From the NCBI RefSeq assembly GCF_001194135.2, contig NC_068983.1, positions 107,755,152-107,818,033 of the forward strand: a DNA stretch of 62,882 bases. Reading direction: 5' to 3'. Source of the stretch: Octopus bimaculoides. Taxonomy: Eukaryota. Shown one piece after another: positions 11,491 through 24,631 of this stretch. Within the stretch, counting starts at the first letter, position 1; each line of letters starts with the position of its first letter. The position numbers were made by a program, and so were the translations under genes. The notes beneath the pieces are model-generated. The model did no database searches. It was given only the letters and a program-made list of their open reading frames with translations, and was not told where the DNA came from.

Positions 11491-14069
11491 TATAGAAAGG
11501 AAATATTAAGAAGCTCAATGATTATTAAACAGTTCAATCACTAAATATTGTTTAATTGGAGGGTATGTGATTAAAAAAACAGTGATAAAAATATTGCATA
11601 ATAATAAACATGTGCAATGAAGGTATATATAACTTGAGTGATTTGAAATTCATGACTCGAATATAATTCAATGAATGTGAAACAAAGATAGCAACTGAAC
11701 ATCAGGGGTATTTTCTATTTCGTGCAAGAGAGAAACTATATTTGGTAGCGCAAGAGGAAAATATTCGATAAAATATGAATAAAGAATACACAGCATAAAA
11801 GAAGGATTATGAGGTGCTAGACAAGCATTAGATTTTTCATCACAATATTAAACCTCATAAGATGTATGACATAAACCAGTTAAACCCTTGCTTGTATGTA
11901 TGTGTGTGTGTGGGGGGGGAATAGATGTTAATGACAGCATTCACAGTTGGTAGAGGTGGTGAGAATGCTGTTGTTTATCTGCAAGATAGTCCTTATTGAA
12001 CAGACCTATGACCAATGACATTTCGACCATGAAACTCCATCCCTTCTCTTAAGCATTGCATATCTAAGACAAATTGCCTATGGTGACTTTTTCAAAACAG
12101 TAGTGTGTAATTTGAAGCAAGTTTGACTGTTATTTCCAGCAAATCGAGGAACCATGTATATGTTCTTTGCTTGGCTTGTGGTGGCGATGATTGTTGAAGT
12201 GATTTGTAAATGAAGCAGAAATCTGAACTTGAAGCACTACAGGGAAAAATAATCATTTGATGCTGTAAGAATATTTAAGAAAGTGAGAAAGACTTCATAC
12301 TCTCTCTCTCTCCCTCTCTTTCTTTCTCTCTTTCTCTCATTTATACCATTTATACACATTCTCTTTTTCACAATTACACATGCATAAGCACTCACCCCCA
12401 AGACTTGTATCGTATATATGCCTCATACGTTTAAAACAGAAAAGATGGCGATAAGACTTACATCTAAAGTATGTTTGAAAGATATACATTTGTCTTGACT
12501 GCATGGTAGAATTTAGTGTCACTCAAATGACAGCTTTTGCTTTCAAAGAGGAGATAATGCCAGTTATAGATTTTAATGGTGATTTAAAAGAAATAGATGA
12601 TAGCTATGGAATTGTGCACTGGGTATGGATAAAAGGATAGAACGTTAAGAATGGCATAAAAGATGTGCGGTATATGCTTTTTTTTTCTTAAAAAAAAAAA
12701 AGAAATGGTAAACAATAATGAATATAATAGAGAAAAATATAAATATTGATTGTTGGAGGAGACAGTAAAAGTATTAAAACTCAAGGTATTCCAAGCCTGC
12801 ACCAATGACCATGCAGTTATTTGTGAGCCAATGTTACTGATGATTTATACTTATAGTGTTAGAATTACAAATAGAAAAGAAAAAAGGCATAAAGAATCAA
12901 AAGAAAAAACATAAGAAATCTATAGAAGCAGAATTAAAAAAACAAAACTACTGTAATAAGACATTAGCAACTAGAAGCTACTAAAATGTCTAAATAGAAT
13001 TGTGAAATAGTAAACACAAGTTTTAGAGGAGAATGGACTGAAACGTTTTAAGGACAGATGGTTGAAAAGACATTTTGGATCAAGATGTAGTCAGTAAAAG
13101 AATATTTCCTAAAACTATTGCATGCTTTCATTCCCTAAAAAGATTGTAAGGAAGATTATAAGAAATAAAGAAAGATATTGATAAAACGACGGAGAAAATG
13201 TATAGTGGGGAAAATACATAACAACAGTTAGAAGGTTAGAAAACAAAATGTAAAAAAGAAGTTCAGCCGAAGAAAATAAATGCCTGAGGAATTCTTATAT
13301 TTCAGAATGTTAGCATATCTAGTGTAGTTTTGTCATAAATCATTCAAAACATTGTCTCAGAAAAACAGCCAGAATATGAAATACTACTTGACATTAAATT
13401 GATCTCAATCTAAATTCCACATCTGTAGAGTATTGAGAAATAGATACCATACTTAGTACATCGCTTCCTTACAAAGTGACTGAGATTTATTTAGGGTGGG
13501 GTTTTTGATGATTCTGACATTTTAGAACTATGACAAAGATAAACTTCTCTAACATTAATTATGAATATACACATAATTATTTTAAAATATAATTTATATT
13601 TCTAAAGCAAGAAATGTTTATAAATGTCTTGTAAATGAATTTTACATTGGGTATCACTTTATATTAATAAGAATAGGAAGGTATTATCCGTAGTTGAATT
13701 TTACTAGCCATTTAATATGATGAATTAATATTTATATCCAAGACGTGAGACATGCATCACTATCATGGATTTCTTCCCTTTATCTTATTTTTTTTTTACC
13801 ATTTAGTCAAGAAGGGAAGGATAGTTCTTATAACTATTTTCCCTAGGCTTCTAAGATTGGTAGGAAGATGATAAGAATCGAGAATCAAAGACTAGTTTTC
13901 AATACATACAACGGAGTAAAAACAGTTAAAAGCATTCAAAGATCGGGTAGTGGTGTAAAACTGAGTAATGGAATAAATCTGCCACCAAATAACTCACACC
14001 ACTAGAAGCTCAAAAAAATAGCACAAGATTTTGCTGCTCTAACAAGTCTATTAATCTATCACCTAGATT

Positions 14070-14460
14070 GGTTTCAAATTTTGGCACAAGGCCAGCAATT
14101 TTGTGGGAGAGGGTAAGTCGATTACATTAACCCCAGTGTTCAACTAGTAATTATTTTATCGACCGATGAAAAGCTAAATCAATCTCCATGGAATTTGAAC
14201 TCAGAATATAAAGACAGACAAAATGCCACTAAACATTTTGCCCAGCATGCTAATGGTTCTGTCAGCTTGATGCCTTCTGCTACCCTAGGTTAATACTTTA
14301 TTATATTGGTTTCAAATTTTGACATAAGATCACCAGATTTGAGAGGGGATGGAGTAAGGTAATTTCATCAACTCTAGTGTTTAACTGGTGCTTATTTCAT
14401 AGACCCCAAAAAGATCAAACACAAAGTCGACTTCATCAGGTTTAACACATGGAAAGCTAC
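14070..14460 (-). mobile_element. Two adjacent family C SINE copies
   Basis: Two starts GGTTTCAAATTTTG at about 14070 and 14308. Confidence 0.75.
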
Positions 14461-14575
14461 TATGAATACTGCCAAACAGTTTTTCTATATTTTAACAACT
14501 TTCTTATTTGCCATTTAGTTAATATTTGGATATTTTTAAAGTTACTAAGTGGAATATCTAATAGAGGAGCAAAGT

Positions 14576-14639
<64 letters not shown>

Positions 14640-14968
14640 GACTTGTTATTTAGTGTCAGAGTCAGTCCTGATTGAGCTGACTTATGCTAGAAAGCAGTCC
14701 AGCCATGACCACACACAGATTTCTATCTTTCTTTTTCAAGCGAAATGTATTGAAGACTACATTATCTAAGATGTCTTTCTTTCCTTAAAATGTCAGAGAA
14801 GGGGAAGTGATTTGAAGATTTGATTCATTGCTTGTCTTGCTGTTGTTTTTACTCTAGAGCAAGCCTGACTGAGCAGACCTCTGGAAGGGATAGCTGAGAA
14901 TGCTTAGGAGTAAAAAATTTAAAGGATTCATAAAAATGAAGAGCTTCAAATAAAATATTGCACAATAT

Positions 14969-15365
14969 AGGTGTAGGAGTGGCCGTGTGGTAAGTAGCTT
15001 GCGTACCAACCACATGGTTCCGGGTTGAGTCCCACTGCATGGCACCTTGGGCAAGTGTCTTCTGCTATAGCCTTGGGCCGACCAAAGCCTTGTGAGTGGA
15101 TTTGGTAGATGGAAACTGAAAGAAGCCCGTTGTATATATGTGTGTGTGTGTTTATATGTTTGTCTGTGTTTGTCCCCCCAACATTGCTTGACAACCGATG
15201 CTGGTGTGTTTCCGTCCCCGTAACTTAGCGGTTCGGCTAAAGAGACTGATAGAATAAGTACTAGGCTTACAAAGAATAAGTCCTGGGGTCGATTAGCTCG
15301 ACTAAAAGGCGGTGCTCCAGCATGGCCACAGTCAAATGACTGAAACAAGTAAAAGAGTAAAAGAG
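14969..15365 (+). mobile_element. Full-length tRNA-derived SINE (family A)
   Basis: A-box-like TGGCCGTGTGG, B-box-like GGGTTGAGTCCC, CCTTGGGCAAGT motif, internal (GT)n, (GTAAAAGA)n tail. Confidence 0.9.
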
Positions 15366-15399
15366 AGACTAATGCATATATAGATAGATTCATTTATTC

Positions 15400-15795
15400 T
15401 TGTGTTTTAGTTAGTGGAAGCCATGCAGAGTACTACTTTGAAGGGTTTAATCCAGCAAATCGTTCCCAGCACTTAATTTTATTTCAAGTCCAGTACTTAT
15501 TCTCTCAGGTCTTTTGTTGAACTACCAAGTTACATGGCCATAAACAACACCACACTGGTTGTCAAGTGGTGGGTTGGATGAACACAAAGACATGCACACA
15601 GACGTGCACACATACATGCTCACGCATACATGTACGTACAACATGGGCCTCTGCAGTTTTTGTCACCAAAAATGCACTCTTGAAGCATTAGTCAGACAGG
15701 GTTCTCAATAGAAGTTATTTGTGAATGTATTCATTGTGAAAATGAACCTAAAACCATATGGTTACAAAGCAAACTTCTTAACCAGACAGCCATAA
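15400..15795 (-). mobile_element. Degenerate family A SINE, inverted relative to its neighbour
   Basis: Diverged similarity to the reverse complement of 14969-15365. Confidence 0.6.
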
Positions 15796-16654
15796 GACTT
15801 TTGGGTATTCTTAAGCCATAGAGTTCACCAAATGGAATAAGTTCTTGTTTCTTAATGAGAAGAGAATTATGACAGTTTGATCAAGGCCTTCCATTTTATG
15901 AACTTCATGCAATTGATTTTTTTTGTTGATGTGAACCATTATCGCAGAAACTCGTGGTCGTTAGTGTTTTGTTGTATTCTTTCAAAATACAAAAGTTCAA
16001 GCTATGGACAGAACCTGTTGCTGTGTACCAGGCAATTATTATAATGGAATAACATAGTAAAGCTGTCACATAAAAAATAAAAGAAAGGCTTAAATGGTAC
16101 CCAAAGAAGTTAAATCTATAAATGAGTTAGAATATCATATGACAGATTTACAGTGCTAGAAGATAATCATTAAAAAAAAAGAGATTTCCAAATATCTGAC
16201 ATCTTGAAGATAGGGTATAAAAAAATAACCAGAAGTGCATCTATGTCAATATAAACCTAGATCTAATAAAGAAGTATATGCACAGAATGGCTGAGATAGA
16301 ATTGTAATAGAATCATAAGAGTGTTATTCATAACTTATTTCAATACAGAGCTGTACTAAAAAACAAACATATTTTGAAGAAAATATCTCTGCCAAAGAGA
16401 GATGTAACTACATCACCTATTATTCTTTCCACATAGTAACAATTACCCTTTGGATGACAAGATGTCAACATGGTCATTAGAGACAATTTTGTAATTAGTA
16501 CTCTAGACAGAGTAGATAAACAGAATAAACTACAATAACATCTATATCTCTGCACTGGTGTATTTTGTGTGTTTGTATGTATGTATATAATTATATATGT
16601 ATGTAATTATGTATACATATTTGTGTGTGTATGTATGTATGTGTGAGTGTGTAT

Positions 16655-16706
<52 letters not shown>

Positions 16707-16921
16707 GTATGTATACATATATTTATATACATATATATATATGTATGTGTATGTATACATATATTTATATACATATATATATATGTATGTGTATGTATAC
16801 ACATATATATATATACACGTATATATATGTATGTGTGTGTGTGCATGTGTGTGTGTATATATATATATATATAGATATAGATATTTGTACATACACACAC
16901 ACACACATACACACATATATT

Positions 16922-17215
16922 GCTTGACCTAGTGGTTAGAGTGTTGCACTCATGATCATGATATCATGGTTTCAATTCCTAGACCAGGTGGTGCTTTGTG
17001 TCCTTGAGCAAAACATTTCCTCTCATGTATCTTAGAGATCACTTCAACACTTGACATGTGGTACACTGTGCACCTCTATTGGCAAAGTCAATTTGACAGA
17101 GAGAGTGAGTTAATGTGCAGCACATACATTTGACCACTATAAACAAATCATCTGTGCAGGTGGTTTGGCTAAAGCTGAACACTCATACTTTGTCTCTTTG
17201 GTGGGAGAGTCCATC
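16922..17215 (+). mobile_element. tRNA-derived SINE (family B)
   Basis: GACCTAGTGGTTAGAG A-box-like and GGTTTCAATTCC B-box-like head followed by GTCCTTGAGCAA. Confidence 0.65.
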
Positions 17216-17314
17216 AAATATATATAAAATATATAGTTTAATCAGAGCTTGTTATTAACAATAACTCACTTTAATACAGAAGGAAAATGTAATGCTCGTT
17301 GTGAGCTATATTCA

Positions 17315-18045
17315 AAATAATATTATTATGGAGGCAACACAGGCGAAGTCTAAAAGAGCATAATTGAAATACGCATCCAAAACTTATGGCATCGCTGCTG
17401 ATGGTGGACCAGCCCTGGTATGTAGATGTATTTATGAACTTAGTGTAACATCCTGATGAGGGGAATGTCTTGGTCTAGAGCACTGCGACGCGTAATCACG
17501 GAAGTGTGAATTTGAGTCTCATAGGTGACAACCATTACTTTTTTCTGCAAAATAGGGGTAGCTTATCCTGTTCAGGCTATATTATTAGCATTATCCTGCG
17601 TTTGAGAATTTAAAATCACTTCTTTAACTTTCTAAGACATCTCAACGCTTCCAAAAGCAAACTTCGTTTGTTTGTTTACGTTCATCGTAATTTGAATTTA
17701 ATATGAAATATGTCATATTCCTTGGCACATCTCTGAAACGGTCCGTAGATGTGATTTTTTTTTCTTTCGTTAGTTTTAATATGTCTTTAATACTTAATCC
17801 TTTCAAGTTAAATTTTTAATTTCATTATACAATGTACGATTTTAAATGTAATTATGATATTTTTTAAAATTCAATCATATTTTATGCATTGCATTGATAT
17901 TGTCTATTTATATATATTTGTGTATTTTGGAATTTTGTTTCCATTTTATAGAGAATATATGTATTTATATACATAAGTTTTGGATGTGTATTTCAATTAT
18001 GTTCTTTTAGACTTCGCCTGTGTTGCCTCCATAATAATATTATTT
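17315..18045. repeat. 74-bp inverted repeat cassette enclosing a split hammerhead
   Basis: Arms 17315-17388 and 17972-18045 match at 72 of 74 positions. Confidence 0.95.
17448..17752 (+). ncRNA. Discontinuous type I hammerhead ribozyme candidate (275-nt stem II region)
   Basis: ACATC-CTGATGA(17453-17459)-GGGGAATGT ... ACATCTCT-GAAA(17735-17738)-near-palindrome ACGG-T-CCGT-site GTA(17745-17747)-GATGT. Confidence 0.65.
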
Positions 18046-18046
18046 C

Positions 18047-18113
<67 letters not shown>

Positions 18114-18114
<1 letters not shown>

Positions 18115-18290
18115 ACTCTTTACTCTTTTACTTGATTCAGTCCTTTTGACTGCAGCGATGCTGGAGCACCACCTTTAGTTGAAAAAATTGACCCCAGGAC
18201 TTATTCTTTGTAAGTCTAGTACTATTCCATTGCCCTTTTTTGCTGAATCACTAAGTTACAGGGACGTAAACATACCAGCATTTGCGAGCA
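18114..18290 (-). mobile_element. Family A SINE 3' portion
   Basis: CTCTTTTACTTG...GACCCCAGGACTTATTCTTTGTAAG. Confidence 0.8.
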
Positions 18291-18659
18291 AGACAAATGA
18301 AACGATACAAAATATAATGATTTATCACATACCATGGTTTCATTGTTACCATTTACATTACATAAATGTCTGCAAATCTTCAGTGTAACCATCATAGAAA
18401 ATATAATTTGCAGAACTATACATGAAACGTCCTCACGAGAGAGAACATGCATACAGTTCTATCAATTATATTTGGGGGTATATTTCAAATGTCTTCATTT
18501 TGGTATGCCAAAGCTGGAAATGACTCTGCAGAAAATAATTTTCTGCATCAAAGCTTGCTGATTAGAGAACATGGTTATTTTTCTTAGTGGTCAGACCATA
18601 TAGGGTCTACATTTAGCATATTAGGAGTCCACCTAGTGGTCATTCCTCTTACATGTATG

Positions 18660-18699
<40 letters not shown>

Positions 18700-18705
<6 letters not shown>

Positions 18706-19050
18706 AGGCAAAGTGGCTGAGTTCCTTTCAAGTGCTGGGCCACACGGAGGTAAAGTGGCTAAGATGCTTTTGAATATTGGGCCTCATGAAGGCAATGACC
18801 AAAACCTTTGGGATTATGTCATACTTGAGAAGAAGACCAATTCAAGCCGAGCAAAATCACAGTTGTAGCAGATACCGGTATCATGCAAATGACACCCATG
18901 CTGGTGGCACATAAAAAGCACCCAGCACACTCCTGGAGTGGTTGGCATTAAGAAGGGTATCCATAGAAAACCATGCCAAATCAGACTGGAGTCTGGTGCA
19001 GCATGCCAGCCTCAGTCAAACTGTCCAACCCATGCCGGCATGGACAACGG
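18700..19050 (+). mobile_element. RTE-like LINE 3' fragment
   Basis: Single 66-bp-type unit plus GGAGTGGTTGGCATTAAGAAGGG tail. Confidence 0.7.
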
Positions 19051-20726
19051 CTATACAAATAGTGTGATATAAGCCATTCAAAAATTCCCATTGCTTTTTT
19101 CTTACACCTTCATTATCATTAATAGTGTGTGTTTTCTTCCTGCTTCTTTGATATTAATGATATTTTGTTTAAGCCTCTTTTTAGTTGTTGATAATGTTTT
19201 ATGTTGAAACATTTTCAGTAGTAGGATTTGAGCTTACATTACAACTTATGCTTCATTGTCTTTTGTTTTCCAGTTAATATGCTTCATTTATTCATCATTG
19301 TGTTTTCAATATTTAAATGCACAGTCTGTTTAATAACAGCTTTGCAATATTTCATCTTAAACTGTTTGCTTTACATTTTCATTTTCAACTGTTGCATGCT
19401 TTCATTGCTTTAACAACAGTAATTATAGTTTTAGTGTTTTTCTCTTCAAAATAAGTAATACTAAGATTACATTGTTATTAAATATCAACATATTGGGTTG
19501 CTTCACTTCCATTTTGTATGTAACAATATTTGATCATATAACTGCATGTCATATATAAACAAACAATACACTTCTTTTGTTCAGTTTTCATCAAAAGGGT
19601 GACAATAACGTACATTAGATGACCTTAATTTCTTACTACACATAATTGTAGATAGGATAACACTGTTTATGATGATATTTCAATACAGTTAGTAACAAAT
19701 ACTAACTGTATTAAAATGCATCAAAGTGTGTGTGTGTGTGTATGTGTGTGCACATATATATTTTTATGTATTAAAATTTAATGGCAGTATTTAGGCAGTA
19801 ATTTTTCATTGCTATATAAGTGTATGTTTTTTTAACATAGTTGCATTTCATCTTATGGCCCTATGTTATGTTTTCCACAGTTGACATTTGAGCTTACTTA
19901 ATGCTGCATGCCTTACCAGCATTTGTCCCATATGCATGCATATACACTATAGAAATATATGATGCAATGATATTGAATAAAGTAAAAGTGCTATCTTAAA
20001 GATAACATGCTTGCACTGACTATCTTCCAGTGTTCTTTTGTTTTAATTATCTTTATATTTCATTATATTATTGCTCTTGACACGAATTCATTTTATATTC
20101 ATCAAGTTTTCTCCTAAGATGCTTTACATGAAAAAGGTAATTTCATTACATTTGTAAGACAAGCAGTGTGAATGTTGTCTGTGTATGTTATAATATGCAA
20201 GCCACAGTATCAGTATAATTTTTATATTGAATACTTGCACATAGAATATGGAATATGGTGTGTATGTATTTAGTATTTTTGTTATCTTATTTCTTCAGAC
20301 TTTTAAAAATATTTCCAGTAAACATCCAGAATTGAAACCATAAACCAGATTATTTAAAAAAATTAATTCAGTCGTTATATTTCATCCTTTCCACAGTGGT
20401 TCGTTCTTCAATTACTAACAGAGGTATAAAAAAAAAGACATAAGGAAAACCACTACAAAATGTAAGTAGGAATACCTTCTCTGATTCCATTGATATTAGA
20501 AAATAGGAAAAAATACAGATAAATTCTTGGAAATATTTGTTCCAAACCCAACTTCTATTATAAGTACTTTTTGTTTTATTATTATTATTATTAATTTTTG
20601 TAATTTACCTCATGTTATTCTGTTAAAGTTAGTTACCTTTTAACCCAAAAGTTTTTGATTAAAAACCACAAGATGTTTTTCGTTTGATCTCTTTTATTTC
20701 TCTATCTTTCTATCTCTTTCTCTTTT

Positions 20727-20764
<38 letters not shown>

Positions 20765-21059
20765 AAATTTCGAATGATCAATACTTACAGTTTATTGATT
20801 AACAAAAGCAACTGTGTTTATGCATACAATTCAAAAATCAATAAAAATGTGAAAATATGTTCAGAAAATTCCAGTAATGTTTTAGTAATACATGCTCAGA
20901 TTTGTTGCTCACATGTTATATATACATGTATGTATGTATGCATGCATGTATATATGTATGTATATATATGTGTGTGTGTGTGTATATATTCATATATGTA
21001 AACATACACATATAGATATACACATAGATATATACATACACATGTTTATATATATATGC

Positions 21060-21112
<53 letters not shown>

Positions 21113-21439
21113 TACATACATATATATATACATGCATGCATGCATTTATATGCTTGCACACACATACATACACACTTATATGTACGTGTGTGTGTGTGTG
21201 TGTGTCACCTTATGCAGAAATGGAACTGGTAACTTCCACTATTCTTTGCCATAGATTATCATTGAACAGTCTCACTTGAAACTGCTAATGGACCTTACTT
21301 ATAACTATTATTTATTCAATCATGAAACTGTGTAACACATACCTATCTTAGTCTGATACTTTCCCTATTTTTGAGAAACTGGTATGGCTAATATCCTTGA
21401 CTGGGGCTATTTTTTACTTTTACATCTCTGTGACTTCTC

Positions 21440-21715
21440 CCTCCCAGACATAGTGATTTGGGACAGAGAAGAGAAACTGTTTACAGTTGTGGAAATCAGT
21501 TGCCCAGCAGATGCTAACATAAAGCTAAAGATTAGTGAGAAAGAAAATACCTACACTGAACTATTGAGAAATCTACAGTTATTCTAACCAGATTACAAGA
21601 TCAGATTTATACCTGTGGGTTTCTGGGATATGTAACACACTGCCAAAGTACCAATCTAGAGAAATTAGGCTTCTCAAAACCAGAAAGCTGATTCAAAGAC
21701 TACAGATCAAGTGTC
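21440..21715 (+). mobile_element. Relic of a restriction-like-endonuclease (R2/R4-superfamily type) LINE C-terminus
   Basis: PDIVIWDREEKLFTVVEISCPAD...KISEKENTY, a PD-(D/E)xK-type layout; internal stop and deletion. Confidence 0.8.
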
Positions 21716-21989
21716 AATTGAGTACAGCAATGTATTGATATACAAATTAATTTATTCCTAAAGACTGCTCGTAAAGTGAAAACTCATAAAACAGAGTAAT
21801 AATTTCACATAGTAGCAATGTAATAAATCATAATTCAGAAAAATATTTTATCTATAAAATTTATAATACTTGTGCATAAATAGCAATAAAACAATAGTAG
21901 AATGTAAAGAATATTTTATGTAGAATAAAAAGAATGTCAAGATCATTCATAATAGAAAATATTATTGTTATCTTTTTCTGAATCACTTT

Positions 21990-22235
21990 CACTCACACAA
22001 GACATGTGCAAACCATCACTTGTAGACATGATCACCAATTCACAAGCACTCACAGACAAACTTGTAGATTTCTTTTAAAAAAACAAGTCTAGAGTTGTTT
22101 GTTTAGAAGAAGCTTGTCTTTGCTCTCTGTAAATTTCTCAGTAACAATCAGATGCATTTGTTATGGTAGTAGAAACCTTTGCACTTAGTTCAGGGTCTCA
22201 TAAAGCGGGACCTCGTAAAGTGAGGTATTACTGTA
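21990..22235 (-). mobile_element. Possible pogo/Tigger end fragment
   Basis: Minus strand starts TA-CAGTAATACCTCACTTTACG, resembling Tigger TIRs; no partner end found. Confidence 0.4.
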
Positions 22236-22929
22236 TGAGCCACCAATGAGCAGAAATGATTGTGAAATATCGATATCTGTTGTCCTCATTCACTGCCAGG
22301 GTGATTTTTTTAATATTTGGCTTTGGATTATACTGTTTCTTTTAATACTCTGTCTTTAAAGAGTAATTCCCTAGATGAATCACTGCAGCCTAAAAGCATT
22401 TAACAACTCACATACATTAGTATGTGGCACTGATAATGTATACAGGTACTTATTGTTATTTTCACTACTACTATTTCAATTTGTGGTCTTCAAATGCAGG
22501 TGTCATGATAAAAAGCATCCAATACACTCTGTAATCAAGCAGTGACAATGCAGAGTTTGAGAGGACTCTTTAATCTCTCGCTTATTGCTATACAACCTAT
22601 ATAGTGCTGGTGCTATGGAAAATTGCACCCATTACATTCTGTAAAATGGTTGGTGTTAGGAAGGGCTTCCAGTCATAGAAACTGTGCCAGAATTGAAACA
22701 TTGAAGCAAGATGAGGCCCTAACAACCTTTAGATCCTCTTTAACTGTGCAACATAAAACAGAATTTAAAATGATGATGACGACAATAATGATTATCATTT
22801 GGGTAAAATTCAACAAGTGAAAGCATTCATTTCATATGAGGGTATAAAATAGCTTTTACATAGTAAATTAATGGAATATTAGCAATGATTCAAGTTTCAT
22901 AGCTTGATAATGCTCTGAGTATATAAATG

Positions 22930-23016
22930 TTTTTCATTACATTTGCATTCTTCAGCCTGCAAAAATGTCAATATCAATTAATTTTGTAGCCTGAAGAATG
23001 CAGACCTGATGGAAAA
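22930..23016 (+). ncRNA. Candidate pri-miRNA hairpin
   Basis: About 33-bp imperfect stem, about 16-nt loop, four G-U pairs on the + strand; no known mature miRNA recognised. Confidence 0.4.
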
Positions 23017-24133
23017 TCTGCATTGAATCCAAGTGATAGCAGTTACTTCCAGTCATGAAATTTGACCCACTGCTAATGCTCTGTTAATTTACTGTATAAA
23101 GAATACTTTATATATATATATATNNNNNNNNNNNNNNNNNNNNNNNNNNNNNNNNNNNNNNNNNNNNNNNNNNNNNNNNNNNNNNNNNNNNNNNNNNNNN
23201 NNNNNNNNNNNNNNNNNNNNNNNTATATATATATATATATATATATATGTATACATATTATGTATGTATGTGTGTATGTATTACTCCAGCATTGTCAAGA
23301 AATAAAGCACTCAGTGAAGATAATTTGGCATAGTTGTATGAATTTAGTATTTCAGCATGTCGTTTATATTATCTATGACAGTGGCTTTTTATGTCTTAAA
23401 GTTTTGCTTGCATAAATTTCAGCAGGGTAATAACTTACTACAAAAGAAAATAATGTAAAGCATTCTGTTGATATATAGATTGATAGATGGATGAATGGAT
23501 GGATGGATGGATGGGTTGACAGATGGATGAACAGGGCAGAAAGAGAGATGGATGAACAGAATGTCAAGGGAATGGATGGATATAATTATAAGATTTGGCA
23601 ACTATATCACCACTATTGTGAAGCAACTATGTTCCAACATTAAAGATAAGTACATGCATAGAGGTAGATGTGCTTAAAAAGTGATGTTATTTTTTTTTTT
23701 AATATATATTCCAGAAAGAGTGTGTGTTGTGTGTATTAGTCTTTGAAGGCAGTACCAATGTATACCAACAAAGTTTTATTTAACATGTTCAACTTGTTAT
23801 ACAGTTTCCAGATAATGGGCATGTTCTTAATTTGGTGCAATTTCAAAAGTTTACCACTGTACGTTATATGTATGTGTTCCTTTGCCAGTTGTTACTTAGT
23901 GACTGCAATGTATCTTTTAAAATTTTGTGTAGTTGAAGTTAGCTTTTTTATTGTTTATGCAGACTAGTTTGTGATATTAACGTTCTTTTATGTCATTTAT
24001 TTCTTATTTTTCCTTGCGCTTCCTCTCCTTCCGTCACCATCTCCCATCTTGCATTTTATTTCTCTCTTCCTTTTCTTCCATTCAACCTTTAAATCTCTTG
24101 CATCCTTATGTGCACAGCTATTTGTCAACTTTT

Positions 24134-24262
24134 CTCTTGACGAAGGAAGCCAGCATTACAGTAATGTCTCTAAGCAGGCATATATTGGTTGCATATTCAT
24201 GACTTTTGCACATTCCATTATGACAATTACATAATTCTGAGCTCCCAGAAACAGCTGTCGAG
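24134..24262 (+). ncRNA. Type I hammerhead motif with 104-nt stem II region, C3 changed to U
   Basis: CTC-TTGACGA(24137-24143) ... GAAA(24248-24251)-ACAGCTGT-site GTC-GAG; stem II base GGAAGCCAG/CTGAGCTCCC. Confidence 0.7.
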
Positions 24263-24418
24263 TCAAAACACCATGCACTCTTCCCTTAATTTTCTGCATT
24301 TTATGGTCCATGTAAAGGTAAATTTATATGTCAATATATATAGATATCTATATGATTGTACATATGTGATTTTTTTCTGAATATATTTAGTTTTTGTATT
24401 TATACACATTCCTATATA

Positions 24419-24474
<56 letters not shown>

Positions 24475-24590
24475 GAGGCCTACTCATGTTTATCTGCATT
24501 ACTACTACCTCTGTCTTTGTCTCTTTCTCTCACTCTCTCTCTTTCTCTATATACATACATATATATATATATATATACATACATATGTAT

Positions 24591-24631
<41 letters not shown>

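Noticed and set aside
13278-13316. ATGC-CTGAGGA...GAATGTTA-GCAT
   Set aside because: Stem I fits but GAAA is broken and stem II is unsupported
16542-16932. Long overlapping ORFs rich in Y/I/H/T/C/V (also 3478-3777, 20892-21254, 24356-24684, 49610-50095, 61052-61624)
   Set aside because: Translations of (TA)n/(CA)n microsatellites, not genes
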